Shown: piece by piece, positions 36,015-46,036 of the stretch
Numbering within the stretch: the stretch's first letter is position 1
Layout: every line of letters begins with the position of its first letter
Source of the DNA: an uncultured Holophagales bacterium
GTDB taxonomy: Bacteria > Acidobacteriota > Thermoanaerobaculia > Multivoradales > UBA5704
Direction of reading: 5' to 3'
Length of the DNA stretch: 64,000 nt
Assembly: GCA_963842525.1 (NCBI GenBank)
Contig: CAWJGT010000001.1
Location: forward strand, 288,001-352,000
Position numbers and translations under genes: made by a program
The notes under the pieces: generated by a model
The model's database searches: none
Seen by the model: the letters and a program-made list of their open reading frames with translations, nothing else
Told to the model about the DNA's origin: nothing

Positions 36015-37427
36015 TTATTCTACGGGAGTAGGAGTCTCTTTCTCTGCCTGTATTTCCGAGCCGTACTGGGGCAGAAGCACCAAGCGGACAACATGACCGC
36101 TCCGATCCCGTTCAAACCGGAGTCGGGCGAAGGAGTTTGCGAAAAAAAATTCGTCGCCGCCTTTGGCAAAGATTTCAAGTGGGGCGGCGCCCTCCTTGTT
36201 CATATAGTAAAGCCGGTCACCTTCCAGAGTAATGCGCCAGATAGTCCCTGGACTTGTACGGTAGGAGCCTGTGTATTTTATGGCGTCACTAACCTGCATC
36301 GACATAGCGGTCGGGTCATAGGGTTTACCCAGGAGATAAGTCGCAATCTTTGGCGCCAAGAAGTCCGGGTCTGGTTTATGGTCCAACGCATTGCTCAGCA
36401 TGATGACAAGGATGCGCGCATCGGGAACGCGAAGGATGTGAGCCTGAAAACCACTAATTCGACCACCGTGTTCCACAAATTGGTGCCCTTCATAATTAGA
36501 AATAGCCCAAGCGTAGCCATAGAAGGTTGAACTCCCACCACTGAGGCGGTAGGGAGTGAAGGCACGCTCTAGCAGTTCGTGTCGGACGAGTCTGTTGTCG
36601 TCCAATGAGGCGCTCCAGAGCGCCAAGTCATCAACATTGGACAGAAGGGCTCCGGCCGCATAGGAGACCCGAGGACTCAAGTAGGGCGCGCGCCAAAATC
36701 CAACCTTTCCGTCTACTACGTAGCCCGAAGCGCGCTGAGGAACTAGAAGGCCCGGCTCGTCGCAGATGGAATGCTTCATGCCTAGGGGTTGAAAGATCTG
36801 CTCTTGAATCACCTCCGAGTAACTCTTTCCGTGAAGCTTCTCAAGGAGGAGGCCTAGAAGGAAGTATCCCGAGTCGCTGTAGGACCATTCCTCGCCAGGA
36901 TTGGAATCGAGAGGCGCTTCAACGATGCGCTTCAAGATTTGCTTAGAATTGATGTCTAGCCGATTCCAGCGCTCGTAGTCAGCAAGCGAGGTGTAGCTCT
37001 TGAGCCCCGAGGTATGTGTCAGGAGGTGCTCGACGTTGACTGAGCGAAGGTAAGCTGGAAACTCCGGGAAGAAACGGGTGATCGGGTCATCTAGTGAGAT
37101 CTTACCCGCTTGCACGAGGCGAAGAATGGCTACTGCGGTGAACTGCTTGCTAATTGAGCCGAGGGCGAAGACTGTTGTCGAATCAATCGGAATCCCCCAT
37201 TCGACGTTAGCCAATCCGTACCCCTTACGAAGAACAATCTCATCCCCTCGCCGAACCAACACCGCAACGCCTGGCTGGTTAGGGGGGTACGCCTCTGACA
37301 CGAGGCGGTCTAGCCGCTGGCTCAGAGTAGGAGGGACCGACTTAGCCGAGAGCGGAAGCCTAAGGAGTAGGACACAGAAGACCGCTAGTACCCAGAGACG
37401 CCGCCGTTGGAATGACGGGCCAATCAT
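36015..37427 (-). CDS. serine hydrolase, beta-lactamase class C-like, with C-terminal DUF3471-like domain
   Basis: GSISKQF (SxxK), LLTHTSG, WSYSDSGY, EHGG; signal peptide. Confidence 0.9.
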   Translation of the reverse strand: MIGPSFQRRRLWVLAVFCVLLLRLPLSAKSVPPTLSQRLDRLVSEAYPPNQPGVAVLVRRGDEIVLRKGYGLANVEWGIPIDSTTVFALGSISKQFTAVAILRLVQAGKISLDDPITRFFPEFPAYLRSVNVEHLLTHTSGLKSYTSLADYERWNRLDINSKQILKRIVEAPLDSNPGEEWSYSDSGYFLLGLLLEKLHGKSYSEVIQEQIFQPLGMKHSICDEPGLLVPQRASGYVVDGKVGFWRAPYLSPRVSYAAGALLSNVDDLALWSASLDDNRLVRHELLERAFTPYRLSGGSSTFYGYAWAISNYEGHQFVEHGGRISGFQAHILRVPDARILVIMLSNALDHKPDPDFLAPKIATYLLGKPYDPTAMSMQVSDAIKYTGSYRTSPGTIWRITLEGDRLYYMNKEGAAPLEIFAKGGDEFFFANSFARLRFERDRSGHVVRLVLLPQYGSEIQAEKETPTPVE

Positions 37428-38041
37428 CTCGGATCCTGGGGGAAACTCCAATAGCCGGGCTTGGGTGCAGGTTGGAGGATCGGATCGTCGTCACCGCCTC
37501 CACCGCCGCCCGATAGACGCGGATCTCTATTGTACGCCGAAAGGACCTCACTTGCTCGTTTTGAAAGCTCTGGGTCCACTTCAAGCCGTTCCAGCGCTTC
37601 CTGATAATGGGCAAGCAGGACTGGATCTGGATCCTTGATTAAGCGGAGCGACGCAAGGGTCTCAAGTTCCATCTCTTGCTCGAGACGGGATAGTTTTATG
37701 TCCTCAGACAGCATAATAATATTAATCTGCTGATCTCTCTGACCAAATAGAGAAGATAGATATGGTACCTTGAGGGTGTGGAAGCCTAGCAAGAAAAAGG
37801 TCAACACAAACGACCCCGGAGGGTTATCCAGTGATAGGCTATAGGCACCGTCACTTGCGGTATAGACGTGCTTCGAGCCAATCTGCGAGGGGAAAATTAT
37901 CTGGACTTCGACATTGGAAAGAGGGGTAAGGTCACTTCTGAAGACAAATCCTCGAATGGCGACTTTCCGCGGACCAGCGAAAGCGGGTTCTGCAACAATC
38001 ATGAAAATCATGCAGAGGACTAACCATATTGTGCGCGTCAT
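37424..38041 (-). CDS. secreted protein with carboxypeptidase-regulatory-like beta-sandwich
   Basis: Signal peptide; IRGFV...PLSNVEVQI...TASDGAYSL...FFLLGF. Confidence 0.65.
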   Translation of the reverse strand: MTRTIWLVLCMIFMIVAEPAFAGPRKVAIRGFVFRSDLTPLSNVEVQIIFPSQIGSKHVYTASDGAYSLSLDNPPGSFVLTFFLLGFHTLKVPYLSSLFGQRDQQINIIMLSEDIKLSRLEQEMELETLASLRLIKDPDPVLLAHYQEALERLEVDPELSKRASEVLSAYNRDPRLSGGGGGGDDDPILQPAPKPGYWSFPQDPR

Positions 38042-38042
38042 A

Positions 38043-38594
38043 TCAAAAATTCTCCACTATCAGATCATTGAGATGAAGCGGACGACTTGGATCGGACTGG
38101 CCCGACATCTGCACAAGAATGAGAAGACGCCCTTCCCTCTTGAGATCAGGGACTCGAACCTCGAGGTAAGCTCTATCTTTAGTAGGTAGGGCCTTAGCGG
38201 AAGAGAAATAGCCGTCCTCTGTAACTATAAACGCAAGCCCCTTCTCGATGATCATCTGGTTCGGGGCTGGGACCCGTCCCACAAAGCCCTTGCCGGATGA
38301 AATTAAATCCTTAGTTGCCGCTGTGACCACTAACGATTCCTGGGCGCCCTGAAGCCCCTGACCTAGAATCGTCAGCCAGCTTCTACTCCCCTCATCCCGC
38401 AGTTTGGGGTGCCTTGGCTCATCAAACGGGTAGGTTGCTTTGCGGTCTACATTCGCTGACGTAGACGTCGACGCTTTGTCCTCGGCGCTTTGATTTTTGT
38501 AGATTACCGCAACGACAAGCGGAGTTATCAGCCCGACGATGATTGGGATGATTACCTTCTCCGTCCACCAAGGCTTCTTATTCGGCTTCTGCAT
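38043..38594 (-). CDS. hypothetical membrane-anchored protein
   Basis: KKPWWTEKVIIPIIVGLITPLVVAVIY transmembrane segment; operon spacing with the downstream genes. Confidence 0.6.
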   Translation of the reverse strand: MQKPNKKPWWTEKVIIPIIVGLITPLVVAVIYKNQSAEDKASTSTSANVDRKATYPFDEPRHPKLRDEGSRSWLTILGQGLQGAQESLVVTAATKDLISSGKGFVGRVPAPNQMIIEKGLAFIVTEDGYFSSAKALPTKDRAYLEVRVPDLKREGRLLILVQMSGQSDPSRPLHLNDLIVENF

Positions 38595-38793
38595 AAAACC
38601 TTCCGGTCTTAGGGATTGCATTGAGAACTCTCTATATTGTAGTTCTAAGGGCGGACGAAGTCAAGGGCGCTTGAAGGCGGCCAAGCGGTACGCGCCTACG
38701 CCTTGGAAGAGGCTCGTAGTGTGATCCAGGCGGGAGAGGTGCCAGGCGTTTATTCTGGGGGGCTGATGCGGGGAATGATTCCAGGCCGTAGGA

Positions 38794-38884
38794 TTTCCTG
38801 GGGCCGTGGGCGTCGATTCCACATGCCAGTGCATGCCGCTTCTCTACGGCGAGCGGGTCGGAACTCTCGCCTCGATTCTGCAGG
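38794..38884 (+). repeat. deleted duplicate of 33879-33934 joined to 34322-34352
   Basis: catgccgcttctctacNgcgagcgggNcgg at 33905 and 38832; cgggtcggaactctcgccNcgattctgcagg at 34322 and 38854. Confidence 0.8.
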
Positions 38885-38899
38885 CCGCAAGCGTCCGAC

Positions 38900-39238
38900 T
38901 CAGAGGTGGAGCACCAAGCGAAGCCCGGCGTCTAGGCTGGCAAGGCTCTCCGCCGAAAGGGCACCAGCGCGTTCGAGGAAGTCGGCCCGAAGAGCCTTCT
39001 GCACGTCATAGACGTTGGCCACCGAGGCCTTCGGCAATCCCGTCGCTTGCCGGGAGAGCTGAACATTGCCCGGCAGGTCCGCCAAGTGGAGACGGCTGGT
39101 CAGAGGCACGACGAGAAACGAGCGGACCCGAGGCTCTCGCACGGCATTGCTCTGGACGACGACGGCCGGCCTGCGCTTATCCACCCGCACCCACCAGACT
39201 TCGCCCCGGCCTGGCAGGGGTTCACCAGTCGTCGTCAC
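38900..39238 (-). CDS. PemK/MazF family toxin
   Basis: RGEVWWV, KRRPAVVVQSN, VVPLTS, TGLPKASVANV. Confidence 0.9.
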   Translation of the reverse strand: MTTTGEPLPGRGEVWWVRVDKRRPAVVVQSNAVREPRVRSFLVVPLTSRLHLADLPGNVQLSRQATGLPKASVANVYDVQKALRADFLERAGALSAESLASLDAGLRLVLHL

Positions 39239-39458
39239 GGTACTCCTCGGCCATCCGAGCTTGCTGGTATTGCCGCCAGTTCCCCTCGTCGCCGGCAACA
39301 TCCCAACCGTGTTGGTCAATGTACCGCCGGACCTGCGCCTGTATCTGCTCCGCCTCGAGCAGCCGGGCCAGCAAACCGGACCGGGTGGTGCCGCGACGCT
39401 GCGCTTCTTCGTCGGCAAAGGCAAGGAGGTGTGCGGGCAGGGAGACTCCGATCTTCAT
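39222..39458 (-). CDS. ribbon-helix-helix antitoxin
   Basis: MKIGVSLPAHLLAFADEEAQRRGTTRSGLL; overlaps the toxin start. Confidence 0.8.
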   Translation of the reverse strand: MKIGVSLPAHLLAFADEEAQRRGTTRSGLLARLLEAEQIQAQVRRYIDQHGWDVAGDEGNWRQYQQARMAEEYRDDDW

Positions 39459-39479
39459 CGGCGGTATGGTATCACAGGC

Positions 39480-39499
39480 GGAGATACCGCGGTATCTCC
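39480..39499. promoter_or_regulatory. perfect 20-bp palindrome, likely TA operator
   Basis: GGAGATACCGCGGTATCTCC about 20 bp upstream of the antitoxin start. Confidence 0.55.
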
Positions 39500-39598
39500 T
39501 TCCTTTCTGCCACTTCCTGCCGAGCCGTGCGGTGGCTTCAGCGCGTGCCGAGCCGGATGCCTGGACTGGTGCCAGCGCTGTGCTAGGCTTTGGAGCCT

Positions 39599-40177
39599 AT
39601 GGGAAAGAGCCGCCTCGAGGCATTCAGCGATGGCGTGATCGCCATCATCATCACGATCATGGTGTTGGAGATGAAGGTGCCTCACGGCAGCGGGTTCGGG
39701 ACCCTGGTGCCCCTGATCCCGGTGTTCCTCAGCTATGTGCTGAGCTTCGTCTACCTGGGGATCTATTGGAACAATCACCATCACATGCTGCATACATGTC
39801 ACAAAGTGACGGGGCCGATGCTTTGGGCCAACCTGCATCTCCTGTTCTGGCTGTCGCTGGTTCCCTTCGCCACGGGTTGGATGGGGGAGAATCATTTTGC
39901 CCCGGCGCCGACGGCACTGTACGGCGTGGTCATGCTCATGGCCGCAATCGCCTACTTCATCCTGCAGCAGCTCATCATTGCATCACAAGGGCCAGACTCA
40001 CTTCTGAAGAAAGCTGTCGGAGGTGATTGGAAAGGCAAGTTGTCGCCGGTGCTGTACATGCTCGCCATCGCCACGGCGTTCTGGTCGCGTTGGTTCTCCC
40101 TGGGACTCTACGTCCTGGTGGCGCTGATCTGGCTCGTGCCAGACCGACGCATCGAGAAGGCGCTCTCTCTCAGTTAG
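39599..40177 (+). CDS. TMEM175 (DUF1211) family potassium channel
   Basis: RLEAFSDGVIAIIITIMVLE, YVLSF, YWNNHH. Confidence 0.92.
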   Translation: MGKSRLEAFSDGVIAIIITIMVLEMKVPHGSGFGTLVPLIPVFLSYVLSFVYLGIYWNNHHHMLHTCHKVTGPMLWANLHLLFWLSLVPFATGWMGENHFAPAPTALYGVVMLMAAIAYFILQQLIIASQGPDSLLKKAVGGDWKGKLSPVLYMLAIATAFWSRWFSLGLYVLVALIWLVPDRRIEKALSLS

Positions 40178-40327
40178 GTTAGACATGACCACGGCCGCTC
40201 ACGGGCCTCAAGCGCAGCCGGCGGCATAGAGCTCTCCTGTAACGGCCGCCCCTCCTGAAGAGCCAAAGTGTGCACGGCCGGTCCCGCCGGGGCCGGCCGA
40301 CAAACTCAAACACTGAGGAGATATGAC

Positions 40328-40723
40328 ATGGCATACCACGGCTCGAAAGCACGGCTCTTCATCCTGGGGACGGCCGCCGTCCTGGCGTTTTTCGCTCTCA
40401 ACGTCCACGCCGATCCCATTCAGGACGGAGCCCTCGCGCCCTACCGCGCCGGCTGGTTTGCGAACGCCGGCCCTCGGGGTCCTCTGACCTGTTCCGAGAC
40501 CTGCAAGGCAAAAGCGCCGGGCACCCTTGCCGAGTACGAGGCGAGCCCGGTGTCGCCGACCAAGCGGGCTTTTGTGTGCCGTGTGGCGGGGAAGCCCCAG
40601 GGCAGCATCGACACCTGGCTCTACGGCAGCCAGTTCGACGACCGCGCCGCCTGCTACACGACCGGTCTCGACCTCAAGGGCTCGTACGCGGAGAAGTACC
40701 TCTGCCTCTGCGTCGCCAAGTAG
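40328..40723 (+). CDS. secreted Cys-rich hypothetical protein
   Basis: RBS GAGGAG, signal peptide, six Cys including CSETC and C-terminal CLC. Confidence 0.7.
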   Translation: MAYHGSKARLFILGTAAVLAFFALNVHADPIQDGALAPYRAGWFANAGPRGPLTCSETCKAKAPGTLAEYEASPVSPTKRAFVCRVAGKPQGSIDTWLYGSQFDDRAACYTTGLDLKGSYAEKYLCLCVAK

Positions 40724-40732
40724 GTGGAGAGG

Positions 40733-40828
40733 GGGGTGCCTGACGCCTGGCACCCCTGCTGCTTAGGTCTCGAAGACGCGCTCGAAATACCTGCCTTCTG
40801 CCGCTTCTGCCTCTTCCTCGTCGATGCC
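40733..40828 (-). repeat. 96-bp diverged copy of the abfD 3' end plus downstream hairpin (42946-43041)
   Basis: Encodes GIDEEEAEAAEGRYFERVFET* versus GIDEEEATPEEGGYFERVFEP*. Confidence 0.9.
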
Positions 40829-40897
40829 TGGAAATTCTCCGGACGGGTCCGTCCAAGGGGATGTACGCCTTGCGAGGCTCGAAAAGGAGATCAACCC

Positions 40898-41215
40898 ATG
40901 GCCTGTGGCAGCATCCATGAAGCACAAGGAGGACAGAGCTTCACCATCAAAGTCAAGGACGGGCCGAAGACGGTCAAAGGCCTCCTCACCTTTGCCGGCG
41001 GCAACGCCACCCCGGGGACCAGAGTGCTCACCGACGGAGTGTTGCGGAATGGGCATACGGAACCGGTCGTGGCAGGGCTCTCCTACCATCTGACTCTCCG
41101 GCGGGAACCTGTCGCCGGGGCCACCACCGTCGAATTCACGGCACCGAGCGGCCAGGTCATGCCGCCCTGCACAAGTGAGGGGCCGATCGTCGGCATTTGG
41201 ATCGTTTTCGCCTGA
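40898..41215 (+). CDS. hypothetical protein (105 aa)
   Basis: RBS AAGGAG; stop lies 11 bp before the next gene. Confidence 0.6.
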   Translation: MACGSIHEAQGGQSFTIKVKDGPKTVKGLLTFAGGNATPGTRVLTDGVLRNGHTEPVVAGLSYHLTLRREPVAGATTVEFTAPSGQVMPPCTSEGPIVGIWIVFA

Positions 41216-41226
41216 GGTACCCGCTC

Positions 41227-42903
41227 ATGACTCGAAAAGCATGCACAGCTATTCTATTCATCACGCTTGCAAGCGTCCCGGTTCAAGCTTACGGGCTGGA
41301 GGCTAAGGAGCCCTGCAAAGCCCTGGAAAGCGAGTCTCCCTCCAAGGCCTTCGTGCGCTGCTCCACAGAGATGCAGAAAGTGACAGAGAAGGCCGAGAAC
41401 GGAGAGGTGAGCCCGGAGGCCAAAACCATGGTGCGAGCAGTCGCGAAGAAGGCCCTGGACGAGGCGGGCACGCAAGTGTTCGCACAGGCTTCGAGCGCTG
41501 ATGCGGCGGATGCATCCGGCTCGCGCGTAAGCGATTCCCTCGCCGACCTCCTTCCGCTCCTCCAAGGCGCGGTCACTCCGGCCAATACATCCGGCGACGG
41601 TGTGCCTGTGGTGCTCAACTTCAACTCTCCACCCTTTCTGCGGGGCAAGACTTCGCTGCAGGCAGTCCTGTCCGAGCCCACGCTCTTCGCGCCTCTCGAA
41701 AAGAAGTTCACCGAGGCCGACCGCGATAACGAGACCAAAGCGTTGCTCGATCGTGCGGGTGGGTTTGGAGATACCACCTACACGCTCGGCTGGTCTCCGG
41801 ACCTGCGCGCGGGCAACTGGTCGACGACGCGGCAGCTCTTCGGGCGGGAGCCGAAGACCTATCTTCCTCTCATCAATGAATACGCCGATGACGTCTTGTT
41901 GCCAGAGTTGTTGCCAGAGTACACCGCCAAAGTCGACAAGCTCCTCAAGGACGCCAGGAAGAATCTGCGTGAGCCGGCGAAAAAGCTCGCCAGCCAGCTC
42001 GGCGTCGACCCGGATGTCGTCTACAACGACCTGACATTTTTTCAGCTCCGCGAGAAGGCAGGAGCCACCGCGGATCCCGAAAGTGCCATCGATCTGGTCG
42101 ACCAGATAGAAAAAGCCGTCAACGATCTCTCGATCCTCGAACGAGACGCCCAGGACACGCTCGATGCGAGGGACAAGCTCGACGAGCGCTTCGCGGCTCT
42201 CGTAGGAAACCAACCCGAGCTTCAGGTCCGCGCAAGCTTCCGGGATGCCGACACCGCCGTCGGACCGCGCGATTACGCCCTCTCGGTCGTGTATGCAGCC
42301 GGGTCTCGCAACTTCAACAGCCTGCTCGACGACTATCGAGGGCTTATCAAGCAACGGCCGGATACGAGCGGCGAGATCAAAGCTGAAGAGCGGAGAAAGC
42401 TCAAGAAGCAAGCCTTCGACGAGCTGACAGAGCGTGCGCTCAACAGCGATTGGTGGCGGATGACCTATGCGATCACCTACAAGAAGATTGACGACTACGA
42501 CGAGACGTTCGAAGATACGCTCGACGATGGAATCCAGAAGCTTCCGATCCCTCTCAAGGTGTCCGGCGTCGCGGAATGGCAGCTCCGGCTCAACTATTCC
42601 CAGCTTGCCGGCCCCGACTTCTTCAACGCGGATGCCCGCCCACGCCTCGCTTTTGCTGTCGAGGGGACCTGGGTCCAGGAAGACGGGGACATCCCCGAGG
42701 CATTGCGCCGTCAGGACCGTCTCGTGGGGCGCATCACCTATACGGTCCCATCGACGGACAACCTGACTTTCCCGGTCTCGATCGTCTTCGCGAACCACCC
42801 GGAGTTCCTGAGCGAAGACAAGGACCTCAAGAACCGGCTCTCCGCTCATGTGGGTTTGAGCTACAAGCTGGCCCCGCCGAGAGTGGCCAAACCGGCCGAG
42901 TAA
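41227..42903 (+). CDS. secreted hypothetical protein, C-terminal amphipathic beta-strands
   Basis: Signal peptide; long ORF; ends LSAHVGLSYKL. Confidence 0.7.
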   Translation: MTRKACTAILFITLASVPVQAYGLEAKEPCKALESESPSKAFVRCSTEMQKVTEKAENGEVSPEAKTMVRAVAKKALDEAGTQVFAQASSADAADASGSRVSDSLADLLPLLQGAVTPANTSGDGVPVVLNFNSPPFLRGKTSLQAVLSEPTLFAPLEKKFTEADRDNETKALLDRAGGFGDTTYTLGWSPDLRAGNWSTTRQLFGREPKTYLPLINEYADDVLLPELLPEYTAKVDKLLKDARKNLREPAKKLASQLGVDPDVVYNDLTFFQLREKAGATADPESAIDLVDQIEKAVNDLSILERDAQDTLDARDKLDERFAALVGNQPELQVRASFRDADTAVGPRDYALSVVYAAGSRNFNSLLDDYRGLIKQRPDTSGEIKAEERRKLKKQAFDELTERALNSDWWRMTYAITYKKIDDYDETFEDTLDDGIQKLPIPLKVSGVAEWQLRLNYSQLAGPDFFNADARPRLAFAVEGTWVQEDGDIPEALRRQDRLVGRITYTVPSTDNLTFPVSIVFANHPEFLSEDKDLKNRLSAHVGLSYKLAPPRVAKPAE

Positions 42904-42975
42904 AAGCGGCCGGAAGGGCTGGCCCCAACAGAGGTACCGTAACAAGGGGTGCCAGACGTCTGGCACCCTTGCTGC

Positions 42976-44531
42976 CTAGGGCTCGAAGACGCGCTCGAAA
43001 TACCCGCCTTCTTCCGGCGTCGCCTCTTCCTCGTCGATGCCGGCGAGCCGGCGAGCCAGTTGCTTCTTGTAGTCGAGATCCATCTGCCGGGCGATCTGGA
43101 TGCGCTGGGCCTGGGGCGAGCCGGCGCCGTGCATCGATTCCGTGAGGTATCCGACGGCGTTGCGGCCGAGCGTCATGTTCTCGATCAGGCGCAGGATCCG
43201 CATCCGGGTCTCCGCCGGGATGTCCGCCCTTCCCTTGAGGTACTTGCGCAGCAGGGGCCCGGTCTCGTCGCTCTCGAGCTCCTTCTCCGACGGCATCGTC
43301 ACCATCAGCCCGCCCGCGAGGTCCTGGGCGAGCCGGCCGATCTCGTAGGGCATCTTCGTCACGTGGTGCTTGCAGACGTTGGCGATCATGTCGTCGTTCA
43401 GGTAGCAGCCCGACTTCATCGGCCGCGCTTGATAGGACGAGGCGATGCCCGTGGAATAGATCGTCTCGTTGAGGTGCGTCATCTCCACGAGCTTGTCCTT
43501 GACATGGGAGGCCTTGTCGACGCCGTTGTATTCGGCGATCGCCGCGGCGGCGCCGATCAGCACGTCGCCGACGCCGCTCTTTGCAGACGTAGCTCCGCCG
43601 GTGATAGCAGGTGAACCGTTCAACCAGCATCGCCGCGTATTCGGTCTCCCCATCCATGAAGACGAGGTCGCGGGGGATGAAGACGTCCTCGAAGATGACC
43701 ATCGCCTCCTGGCCGGAAAACCTTGCATTGCCGGCGTCGAGCCCGCTTCCCTCGAGATGGCGCGTGTCGCAGGACTGGCGGCCGTAGATGTAGGTGATCC
43801 CGGGGGCGTCCACGGGGACGGCGCCGACCACCGCGAAGTCGCGGTCTTCGGGGCCGAGGCGCAGCGTCGGCATGACGATCATCCAATGGGAGTTGATGCA
43901 CCCGGTCTGGTGGGCCTTGGCGCCCCGGATCCACAGCCCCTCCTCGGTGCGCCGGATCACATGGACGTAGAGGTCGGGATCCTCCTGCTGATGCGGCGGC
44001 TTCGAGCGGTCGCCCTTGACGTCGGTCATGGCGCCGCCGACGACCTGATTGCGGCGCTGGACGCCGGCAAGAAAGGCTTTCAGACGCTCGTGGTAGGGGG
44101 TGCCATGCCGCTCGTCGATCTCGCAGGTGACGGAATGGCGCGTTGAAAGCGTCCATGCCCACGCAGCGCTGGAAGCAGGTGCCCGTGAGCTGCCCGAGCT
44201 TGCGCTGCATCTTGTTCTGCATCACGAGGTCCTCGGGGCTGCCGGCGATGTGGAGGAAGCGGTTGACCCGCTCGCCGGTCAGGGGTGAGACCGCCGTGGC
44301 GAGATCGGGCTCGCGCAGCGCCAGGTCGTAGGTCTCGGCCACGGCGTTGATCGAGGGCCGGATCACCGGATGATCGACCGGCTCGTCCACGAGCTCGCCG
44401 AAGAGGAAGACCCTGAGCCCACGCCCGCGGAGGCTCCGGATATAGTCCTCGCCGGTGACAATCGGCTGATCCCGGTCCGGCTCGGAGGTCGGTGCAGCGG
44501 CGATGGGAACATACGCGGCGGATGTGGGCAT
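42976..44531 (-). CDS. abfD: 4-hydroxybutyryl-CoA dehydratase (HpaB-like family), two frameshifts near 44140 and 43580
   Basis: TGTCFQRCVGMDA, MTDVKGDRS, GAKAHQTG, YHRRSYVCK, ESMHGAGSPQAQR distributed over three frames. Confidence 0.85.
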
Positions 44532-44569
44532 GGTCTCTCCCTTCCAGCGGGATGATACCGGATCAGCTC

Positions 44570-45394
44570 CTAAGCGTCGGGTGCCCGCAGGCAGCGCTCC
44601 AGCAGGCGGGCGTCTCCGAGGCGCTCCGTATATGCGGCGAACGCGGCGGTGGGGCCGCGCCAGCGCAGCTCTTCGATGTCGCGGAAGAGGGGTGCGTCGG
44701 TCCTGAGCGTCGCTAGGTCCTTGAAGAGCAGCGCCAGGTCGCGCTTGTCCTCCAGGACGCCGGGAGGGAAGCTCTCGATGCTGCCGTGGCGATTGAGGAG
44801 CCGTGCCGCCGTCCTGGGGCCGATTCCAGGGATGCCTGGATAGCCGTCTGCGGCGTCGCCGACGAGGGCGAGGAAATCGGGGATCAGGACCGGGTCGACC
44901 TCGAATTTCTCGCGGACTCCGTCCGCCGTGAAGATCTTGTTCCCTCGGCGGTCGACCTGCACCACGCGGTCGCCGCGGACGCACTGTGCAAGGTCCTTGT
45001 CAGGTGTCCAGATGCAGACCTTCTGGACGCTTTCGTCGTCCGCGGCGATGCGGGCGGCGGAGGCGAGCGCGTCGTCCGCCTCCAGCTCGATCATGGGCCA
45101 GACGGCGACGCCCATGGCGGTGAGGGCCTCTTCCAGCGGGTGGAACTGCGCGAGGAGCGCGCGCTCGACACCCTGCGCCGTCTTGTAGCCGGGCCAGAGA
45201 CGGTTGCGGAAGGACTCGATGACGTGGTCGGTCGCCACGCCGAGGTGCGTCGCCCCCTTCTCGATCATCTCCAACACCGTGTGCAGCACGCCGGCCACAG
45301 CCCCGAAAGGCGCATCCTTGCCCTTGTTGAAACGGCGCTGGCCGTAGAAGTGGCGGAACAGCTCGTACGTGCCGTCAAGGAGATGAATCATCAT
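44570..45394 (-). CDS. 5'-3' exonuclease / flap endonuclease (stand-alone PolA N-terminal family)
   Basis: HLLDGTYELFRH, EADDALAS, PDKDLAQ, LVGDAADGYPGIPGIGPRTA. Confidence 0.92.
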   Translation of the reverse strand: MMIHLLDGTYELFRHFYGQRRFNKGKDAPFGAVAGVLHTVLEMIEKGATHLGVATDHVIESFRNRLWPGYKTAQGVERALLAQFHPLEEALTAMGVAVWPMIELEADDALASAARIAADDESVQKVCIWTPDKDLAQCVRGDRVVQVDRRGNKIFTADGVREKFEVDPVLIPDFLALVGDAADGYPGIPGIGPRTAARLLNRHGSIESFPPGVLEDKRDLALLFKDLATLRTDAPLFRDIEELRWRGPTAAFAAYTERLGDARLLERCLRAPDA

Positions 45395-45487
45395 CGGCGA
45401 TCGTAACACTCCAGCTCATGAGCCGAGCTGGCGCCGATGCGGTAGGATGCGGAGACGGAGGATCATTTCGCCTCCAGGAGGGTTCCC

Positions 45488-45964
45488 ATGTCCGCAGAAT
45501 CGAAGCCTTTCATCACACCTGATGCCCTGCTGGCCCAGTGGCAGGGACACCGCCGGCTGACCCGGCGCGTCATCGACGCGTTTCCCGAAGACAAGCTGTT
45601 CACCTTCTCGGTCGGCGGCATGCGGCCGTTCGGCGAGCTCGCGATGGAGATGGTCACCATGGGCGTGCCGATGGTGCGCGGCGCGGTCTCCGGCGAGTGG
45701 AGCACCTCGATGAGCCGCGACCTGCGGCCCAAGGAGGAGATTCTGCGCCTTTGGGACGAGAGCACCGAGCAGCTCGACGCGCTTTGGCCGCAGATCCCGC
45801 CGGAGCGATTCCAGGAGACGCTGACCGCCTTCGGCCAGTACACCGACGTGCTGCACAACCTGATCCTGTACGTCATCGACAACGAGATCCATCACCGCGG
45901 CCAGGGCTACGTGTACCTCCGCGCACTGGGCATTGCGCCGCCCCCTTTCTACGAGCGGGGCTGA
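45488..45964 (+). CDS. DinB family protein
   Basis: HRRLTRRVIDAFP, GGMRPFGEL, DNEIHHRGQGYVYLR. Confidence 0.9.
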   Translation: MSAESKPFITPDALLAQWQGHRRLTRRVIDAFPEDKLFTFSVGGMRPFGELAMEMVTMGVPMVRGAVSGEWSTSMSRDLRPKEEILRLWDESTEQLDALWPQIPPERFQETLTAFGQYTDVLHNLILYVIDNEIHHRGQGYVYLRALGIAPPPFYERG

Positions 45965-46036
45965 TTCGACTCGATCTCTGGGGCGCGGGGCACCATGAGA
46001 TACGGGAGGACTCACCCTTCCAGAAGGGAGACACCT

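Noticed and set aside
42976-44531. abfD as evidence of autotrophic 4-hydroxybutyrate cycles
   Set aside because: It is a stand-alone gene with no other pathway genes in the window, and the family is common in heterotrophs.
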